DNA of 64,000 nt. Origin: a bacterium. Lineage in GTDB: Bacteria; Patescibacteriota; Microgenomatia; UBA8517. The stretch lies in the NCBI GenBank assembly GCA_030583725.1, contig CP129472.1:75-64074 (forward strand). Direction: 5' to 3'. This document shows, piece after piece, positions 58,629 to 64,000 of this stretch; the stretch's first letter is position 1, and every line of letters begins with the position of its first letter. A program made the position numbers and the translations under genes. The notes below the pieces were generated by a model. That model saw only the letters and a list, made by a program, of their open reading frames with translations. It was not told where the DNA came from and did no database searches.

Positions 58629-59297
58629 TTAACTTGGATTAGTGGTGAGTAGATAATCAGGCCAATTATTTGGGTATTTAGTAATTATTTTAGTTGTGTT
58701 TATTATTGCAAAATAATGTTGGTCATTATTTTTAAATAATGATTTGTTTAAGTTAATAAAAAATTTGTCCAGATTTTGTTTATGGTTTGGCCAAAAGATC
58801 TTACTCGCCGAATATTCAGAACATGAAGCAAAAAGTTCTCCATATTTGTCTAATCTATCAGAATAGACATGTCCAAACTCATGTAAAATAGTTGCATAAT
58901 AGCTTTCTTTTGTATGATATGGGTCATTTAAAGTTTTAGAATATTCGTTATGTATTTTAGTAAATGGAGTTAGTAATCCTCCACAAGGACCATTTATGTT
59001 TTTACCAGTTTTTTGTTTCAAAATATTTTTAAACTCTTCGATGTATATACCAGACATCCAAACCTTATGAGATAGATCATCTATTTTTTTAATATTGTGT
59101 AAAAATTTAGATAGCTTGTATTTATTATTAGTTCTTAACCAAACATAAAGATATCTTGAGTCAAAACTGATTACAGGAATATTTTTGATTCTATCTTTGC
59201 ACTTAAATATGTAATTCAATTTTGGATTCCAAAGTGTTTTTAAAGCATTTTCTATTGCAAGTAAGTCATTTTGTGAAGCAATATAGCATTCGAACAT
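58629..59297 (-). CDS. Putative zinc metallopeptidase (HEFGH motif), candidate leader peptidase
   Basis: ATILHEFGHVYSDRL HExxH motif. 222 aa. Convergent, 1-nt gap from the peptide gene. Inside the repeat-flanked insert. Confidence 0.5.
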   Translation of the reverse strand: MFECYIASQNDLLAIENALKTLWNPKLNYIFKCKDRIKNIPVISFDSRYLYVWLRTNNKYKLSKFLHNIKKIDDLSHKVWMSGIYIEEFKNILKQKTGKNINGPCGGLLTPFTKIHNEYSKTLNDPYHTKESYYATILHEFGHVYSDRLDKYGELFASCSEYSASKIFWPNHKQNLDKFFINLNKSLFKNNDQHYFAIINTTKIITKYPNNWPDYLLTTNPS

Positions 59298-59327
59298 GAT
59301 TATATTATACCAAATTTATTGCATAAC

Positions 59328-59445
59328 TCAGTGCGTAAGATTTACAGCTTCTGAAGCTTGTTTGATAATTTCAGTTTGTGACCAGTCTGCAATTTTTAAG
59401 TTTCCAAAACCACTTTGTTTTGTTCCTAGTACATCACCAGCCCCA
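59328..59445. repeat. recG 3'-end copy of the ~100-nt direct repeat (partner at 56834-56947)
   Basis: See the pseudogene fragment entry. The two copies flank 56948-59327. Confidence 0.8.
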
Positions 59446-61256
59446 CGCAGTTTTAGATCAAGTTCTGCAAGTTCAAACCCTGAAGTTGTCTTAGTTAGTG
59501 CTGTAAGCCGTTTAGTTGCCTTGTCTGAGTCGTTCTCTGTGAACAATAGACAATATGACTCTTTTTCACCTCTCCCTACCCTACCTCTAAGTTGGTGGAG
59601 TTGGGCAAGGCCAAATCTATCTGCACCTTCTATTAACATAATAGTTGCATTTGGGATATCTATTCCTACCTCAACAACTGGGGTTGAGAGTAGAATGTCT
59701 AGTTTTTTACTTTTAAATTCATCAAGTACTTTATTTTTTTCAACTTCTTTCAATTTTCCATGAAGTAGTCCAATTTCAAGTTGTGGAAAAATAACCTTTA
59801 AGTTTTCATATTCCTTTTTTACAGACTTAACTGATTTTAGTGTTTCTGCTTCTGACTCTTCAACTAATGGACATATGATAAATGCTTGAGAACTATTGTC
59901 TTTAATAGTTTTTTTAATCCAGTCATATGCTTTCTCTCTTTTGTCATTTGGAACAAGCCATGTTTTTATTTTCTGTCTGTTTTTGGGCAACTCATCTAAA
60001 ATGGACAAATCCATATCAGAAAATAAAGTTTGGGCAATCGTTCTTGGTATAGGTGTAGCTGTCATTGTTAATAAATGTGGATTAATTTTTTGCATAAAGT
60101 TAACTTGTTTGACTCCGAACTTGTGCTGTTCATCAATTACTAATAGCCCAACTTTTTCAAAAGTTTTATTTAATAGCGCATGTGTTCCTACAATTATGTC
60201 ATTAACGCCTAGGTCTGATTTTACTACTGTACCTGTTATTAAAGATATTCTAATGGGGAGATTTTTAAATAGTTCCTTTAGTGTTTGATAGTGTTGGTTT
60301 GCAAGTATCTGGGTTGGAGCAAGAAAGACAGTCTGAAACCCAGAAAGAAAAGTTGTGTAGGCTGAAATTGCAGAGACTATTGTTTTTCCACTACCAACGT
60401 CACCCTGTAGTAGCCTATTCATTGGGGTGTTTTTGGATAGGTCATTAAATATTTCATCTAAATTTTTAACCTGTGAATTAGTCAACTTAAAAGGTAAGGA
60501 TTTGATAAAAGTATCAATCAACTTTTTGTTTACTTTAATTACTACTCCCCTTTTCTTAATTAGTTTGTTTTTTCTTTCTCTAGCTTTAACAAGTAGGTCA
60601 AAGAATTCATTAAAGGCTAGTCGCTCTTTTGCCTTCTCAGAACTTTTCAGGTTTTTAGGAAAATGAATATTATAAATCGCTTCTTTAAAACTTATCAGAT
60701 CGTTTTTGCTTAAAATGTCTTGACTTAAAAAGTCTTTAACTTCAATTCTATCTAGTGCATATTTAATTCTTGCCTTTAGCCACTTTGAAGTTAAGCCTGC
60801 AGTTTCAGGATATACCCCTACAATTTTAGCAGTGTGAATTGTTTCTTGGTTTTGATCAATCCTCTCAAATTGTGGTGAGAAAAAAGCAAGTTTTCTGTTA
60901 AACCAACTAGGTTTACCAGATATCATAAGTTTGATACCTGGGTAAAGCATTTTGGTTAGATAGGACTGGTTAAACCAGACCAAGTAAATACTTCCGGTTG
61001 TATCTTTAATTTGTCCAATTTGCATTGATCTTCCTGTTTTTGTTGGTTGGTTTTTAATTGAAGTTACTTCCCCAAAAACTGATACTATTTCATCAACTTT
61101 TAAGTCGTTAATTTTTGTAACCTTGCTAAAATCCAAATATCTGTGTGGAATGTGATGAAGTAAATTAGATACTGTTTCAATCCCCAGTATTTTTAATTTT
61201 TTTTGATAATTTGGTCCAACAAATGGAAGATCAGATACGGAGTCTGTAAGATTCAT
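59328..61256 (-). CDS. recG: ATP-dependent DNA helicase RecG
   Basis: Wedge/OB N-terminus, Walker A LLQGDVGSGKT, DEQH box, helicase C-terminal LRGRVGRG, C-terminal GDVLGTKQSG. 642 aa. Confidence 0.9.
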   Translation of the reverse strand: MNLTDSVSDLPFVGPNYQKKLKILGIETVSNLLHHIPHRYLDFSKVTKINDLKVDEIVSVFGEVTSIKNQPTKTGRSMQIGQIKDTTGSIYLVWFNQSYLTKMLYPGIKLMISGKPSWFNRKLAFFSPQFERIDQNQETIHTAKIVGVYPETAGLTSKWLKARIKYALDRIEVKDFLSQDILSKNDLISFKEAIYNIHFPKNLKSSEKAKERLAFNEFFDLLVKARERKNKLIKKRGVVIKVNKKLIDTFIKSLPFKLTNSQVKNLDEIFNDLSKNTPMNRLLQGDVGSGKTIVSAISAYTTFLSGFQTVFLAPTQILANQHYQTLKELFKNLPIRISLITGTVVKSDLGVNDIIVGTHALLNKTFEKVGLLVIDEQHKFGVKQVNFMQKINPHLLTMTATPIPRTIAQTLFSDMDLSILDELPKNRQKIKTWLVPNDKREKAYDWIKKTIKDNSSQAFIICPLVEESEAETLKSVKSVKKEYENLKVIFPQLEIGLLHGKLKEVEKNKVLDEFKSKKLDILLSTPVVEVGIDIPNATIMLIEGADRFGLAQLHQLRGRVGRGEKESYCLLFTENDSDKATKRLTALTKTTSGFELAELDLKLRGAGDVLGTKQSGFGNLKIADWSQTEIIKQASEAVNLTH

Positions 61257-61262
61257 ATGTTT

Positions 61263-61364
61263 TTAAAGATATATCAAAAGTGGCATAAAGGTTCCTGCTA
61301 AAAGTGCAAGACCTGCAATAACTGCCAAGACCTTAAATATTCTTTTATGTTTTCTTGTAATCAT
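61263..61364 (-). CDS. Small single-TM protein (33 aa)
   Basis: MITRKHKRIFKVLAVIAGLALLAGTFMPLLIYL*. Start overlaps the tyrS stop (TAATG). Ends 6 nt before the recG start. Confidence 0.35.
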   Translation of the reverse strand: MITRKHKRIFKVLAVIAGLALLAGTFMPLLIYL

Positions 61365-62524
61365 TATACTAGTGTACCAAATATTTTCTTCCCAATTTTT
61401 ATTTTATCACCCTTTTTAAGTTTATAGTTTACATCAGAAACAACATCTCCATTTATTGTTAGCCCACCTTGTTGAATTAAACGTTTTGCATCACTTGCAG
61501 ATTTTAAATTTGTAAATGGTGCTATTGTTTCTGCTAATGATTTTAATTTTTTAATTTTAAGTTTATATTCTGGATCATGTTTTGCAAACGATTTTTCAAA
61601 ATTATTTTTTGCCTTGATGGCTTGTCTCTTATTTGTTAGTTGAGTTGCAATAATTAAGGCCAATTCTTTCTTTATTTGAATTGGGTTAACCCCACTTTTT
61701 AATGCTTTTTTAAAATCATTGATTTTGGTAGATTCTAAGTCTGTTGCATTTTCAAGATACTCAGGTATTAAATTGTCAGGTAAAGACATAGTCTTACCAT
61801 ATATCTCTTCAGCACTATCTGTCATCCAAATTGCATTTCCCCAACTTTTACTCATTTTTCTACCATCTGTGCCTGTTAAATATCCGGTAACAAGGATAAA
61901 TGACTCTTTATTTCTAAGGCTTGATTGAAGCGACCTCCCTGCTTGCATATTAAATGTTTGATCTGCCCCCCCAATTTGAATATCGGTGTCCATTATATAA
62001 CTATCATAGCCTTGCATTACAGGATAAAGTGCTTCGTGGAGTCCTACTTTCTTTTTGTCACTCAAACGTTTCTTGATTAATTCTCTACCCGCAAACTCAC
62101 CAAAAGAAAACTCTTGGGCAAGTCTAACTATATCTGCAAATTTTAATTTTGAAAGCCATGTACTATTAAATTTAACCTTAACTTTACTAAAATCTAATAT
62201 TTTACTTGCTTGTTTTTTATAGGTTTTTAAATTTTGTCTTATTTCTTGGTATGTTAGTACCGGACGTTCTTTATCTTTGTCTGATGTATCTCCAATCAAA
62301 GCAGTAAAATCACCAATCAAAAATGTAACATTGTGGCCTAATTCTACAAACTCTTGAAGCTTTCTTAAAGCCACTGCGTGGCCTATATGAATTCTTGTGG
62401 CCGTTGGGTCAATTCCCAAATAGACATTTAATTTTTTTCCAGAATTTAAAAGCTTTGATAATTTAACGTTGTCTGGAATTATGTTTGTAACCCTTCTTGT
62501 TATAACTTCGTCAATTTTACTCAT
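61364..62524 (-). CDS. tyrS: Tyrosyl-tRNA synthetase
   Basis: HIGH motif (TATRIHIGHAVAL), KMSKS, C-terminal S4 domain (RLIQQGGLTINGDVVSD). Confidence 0.9.
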   Translation of the reverse strand: MSKIDEVITRRVTNIIPDNVKLSKLLNSGKKLNVYLGIDPTATRIHIGHAVALRKLQEFVELGHNVTFLIGDFTALIGDTSDKDKERPVLTYQEIRQNLKTYKKQASKILDFSKVKVKFNSTWLSKLKFADIVRLAQEFSFGEFAGRELIKKRLSDKKKVGLHEALYPVMQGYDSYIMDTDIQIGGADQTFNMQAGRSLQSSLRNKESFILVTGYLTGTDGRKMSKSWGNAIWMTDSAEEIYGKTMSLPDNLIPEYLENATDLESTKINDFKKALKSGVNPIQIKKELALIIATQLTNKRQAIKAKNNFEKSFAKHDPEYKLKIKKLKSLAETIAPFTNLKSASDAKRLIQQGGLTINGDVVSDVNYKLKKGDKIKIGKKIFGTLV

Positions 62525-62622
62525 AATATGATTCTAATGCTTTTGGAGTAATTAATCAAAGATTTTTTTAAAGAAGACTTTTAGGAATACGTCTTTTGTT
62601 TAATAGTGACCATTGTGCTAAT

Positions 62623-64000
62623 ATGAGACATATGTGGAGAGAGAGGAGAAGAATAAGATTTAGCCAAAGAGCTTCAGGTTTAACTAAATCTAGAAATATA
62701 GTAAAAATTGCGAAACTTTTGCTTTTAGGTGTATTGGCTTTGACAGTTTTATTGATTATAGTTTTACCACTTCTATCATTTGGTTTACCTTCTCCAGATG
62801 AGGTTATTCGAAGAGAGGGTTTTTCAACAAAGATTTTAGACAGAAATGGAAAAGCTTTATATGATATTTTTGAAAATGAAAGAAGGACTCCAATTAAAAT
62901 TGATGAAGTTCCACTCTATTTAAAACAAGCAACTATAGCAATTGAAGATAAAAACTTTTATTCCCACAACGGTTTTGATATTTTAGGTACTTTGCGTGGT
63001 CTTTCCAGATTCTTCACTCGTGGCTATGCTCAAGGGGGTTCTACCTTAACCCAGCAATTGGTTAAGAATGTTTTGCTTTCATCAGAGCGAAGTATATTTC
63101 GAAAAGTTAAAGAATTTATTTTAGCTGTTCAAATAGAGAGAAAATACACCAAAGATGAAATTTTACAGATGTATTTAAATGAAGCTCCCTATGGTGGAAC
63201 TGCTTGGGGTGTTGAGTCAGCCTCAGAAACCTATTTTGGTAAAAATGCTAGAGACTTAAACTTAGTTGAATCTGCCATACTTTCAGGCATGCCCCAATTA
63301 CCATCTAGGTACTCTCCATATTCGTCTACACCAAAGGCCTATATAGACAGAACTACAAATGTATTAAGAAGGATGAGAGAAGATGGATATATAACTAAAG
63401 ATCAAGAAGAAGCTGCTTTGGCAGAACTTCCTGAATTTAAATTTCAAGCCAAAGGTTCATCTTTTAAAGCTCCTCATTTTGTCCAATATGTACAAAAACT
63501 ACTTGAAGAAAGGTATGGTGAAAAAGTAATTGAACAAGGAGGTTTAAGAGTAACCACAACCTTGGACTTGGAATTACAAGAAAAGGCACAAAATATAGTA
63601 GCTGAAGAGATTTCTAAGGTTGAAGCTCAAAAAATCACAAATGGTGGTGTTGTTGTAATGAATCCTGAAACTGGAGAAATACTTGCAATGGTGGGTAGTA
63701 AAAGATTTGATGACCCAGACTATGATGGTCAAGTCAACGTAACCGTCGCCTTAAGGCAACCAGGATCATCATTTAAGCCATTTACCTATGTTACTGCATT
63801 AAAACAAGGTTATACCGCATCCACCATGGTAATGGATGTTTCAACTGTTTTTCCTGTTACTGGTCAGGCTGATTATATTCCAGTTAATTACGATGGTAAG
63901 TATAAGGGGCCTGTTCAAATGAGATATGCCTTAGGTAATTCTCTAAATATTCCAGCTGTCAAGTTTATTGCTATGGTTGGAATTAAAGAGGTATTGGAAA
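62623..64000 (+). CDS. Class A penicillin-binding protein (transglycosylase + transpeptidase), 3' partial
   Basis: Not in the ORF track (no stop within the window). N-terminal TM, GT51 motifs AIEDKNFYSHNGFD and RGYAQGGSTLTQQLVKN, transpeptidase SxxK (RQPGSSFKPFTY). Runs to the window end. Confidence 0.85.
   Translation, partial: MRHMWRERRRIRFSQRASGLTKSRNIVKIAKLLLLGVLALTVLLIIVLPLLSFGLPSPDEVIRREGFSTKILDRNGKALYDIFENERRTPIKIDEVPLYLKQATIAIEDKNFYSHNGFDILGTLRGLSRFFTRGYAQGGSTLTQQLVKNVLLSSERSIFRKVKEFILAVQIERKYTKDEILQMYLNEAPYGGTAWGVESASETYFGKNARDLNLVESAILSGMPQLPSRYSPYSSTPKAYIDRTTNVLRRMREDGYITKDQEEAALAELPEFKFQAKGSSFKAPHFVQYVQKLLEERYGEKVIEQGGLRVTTTLDLELQEKAQNIVAEEISKVEAQKITNGGVVVMNPETGEILAMVGSKRFDDPDYDGQVNVTVALRQPGSSFKPFTYVTALKQGYTASTMVMDVSTVFPVTGQADYIPVNYDGKYKGPVQMRYALGNSLNIPAVKFIAMVGIKEVLE

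Overview
Low-GC bacterial chromosomal window with tight gene packing, strong AGGAGG Shine-Dalgarno sites, inteins in dnaB and gyrA, several domain-truncated housekeeping proteins and a large type IV pilus locus. This looks like a CPR/Patescibacteria-type genome, but that is an inference. The standard genetic code fits throughout: UGA behaves as a stop.

Core genes, in order:
- 1-15.5 kb: S41 peptidase (5' partial), N-truncated RF1, L31, EamA transporter, HisRS-like catalytic core, intein-containing DnaB, tRNA-Leu(CAA), EF-P, TraR/DksA, RluA-family synthase, CPA2/RCK antiporter, YebC.
- 15.5-21 kb: a roughly 840-nt non-coding AT-rich stretch, then a basic hypothetical protein, a Xer-like tyrosine recombinase, an LCP protein and a SIMPL protein.
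- 21-32 kb: GyrA carrying a 479-aa HNH intein, malic enzyme, DEDD-like exonuclease, inorganic pyrophosphatase, GyrB, short delta'-like clamp-loader protein.
- 32-44.5 kb: large CHAP-domain secreted protein, pilB-pilT-pilC, ten tandem prepilin-type genes with pilD embedded.
- 44.5-52 kb: an all-minus-strand accessory block (AbiEii-like toxin, HExxH proteins, Gly-rich peptide, 21-bp tandem-repeat gene, large Cys-rich secreted proteins, three copies of a roughly 45-nt repeat).
- 52-64 kb: pilX-like-pilM-pilN-pilO, KH protein, S16, RNase III, NusB, L32, recG, tyrS, class A PBP (3' partial).

Most notable finding: between rpmF and recG sits a roughly 2.4-kb insert flanked by roughly 100-bp direct repeats of the recG 3' end. 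It carries a radical-SAM/SPASM-type enzyme with an RRE-like N-terminus. Translationally coupled to it is an 83-aa precursor-like peptide whose 10 Cys all occur as Cys-x-Pro. A convergent 222-aa HEFGH metallopeptidase completes it. I read this as a candidate, apparently undescribed, RiPP-type biosynthetic island.
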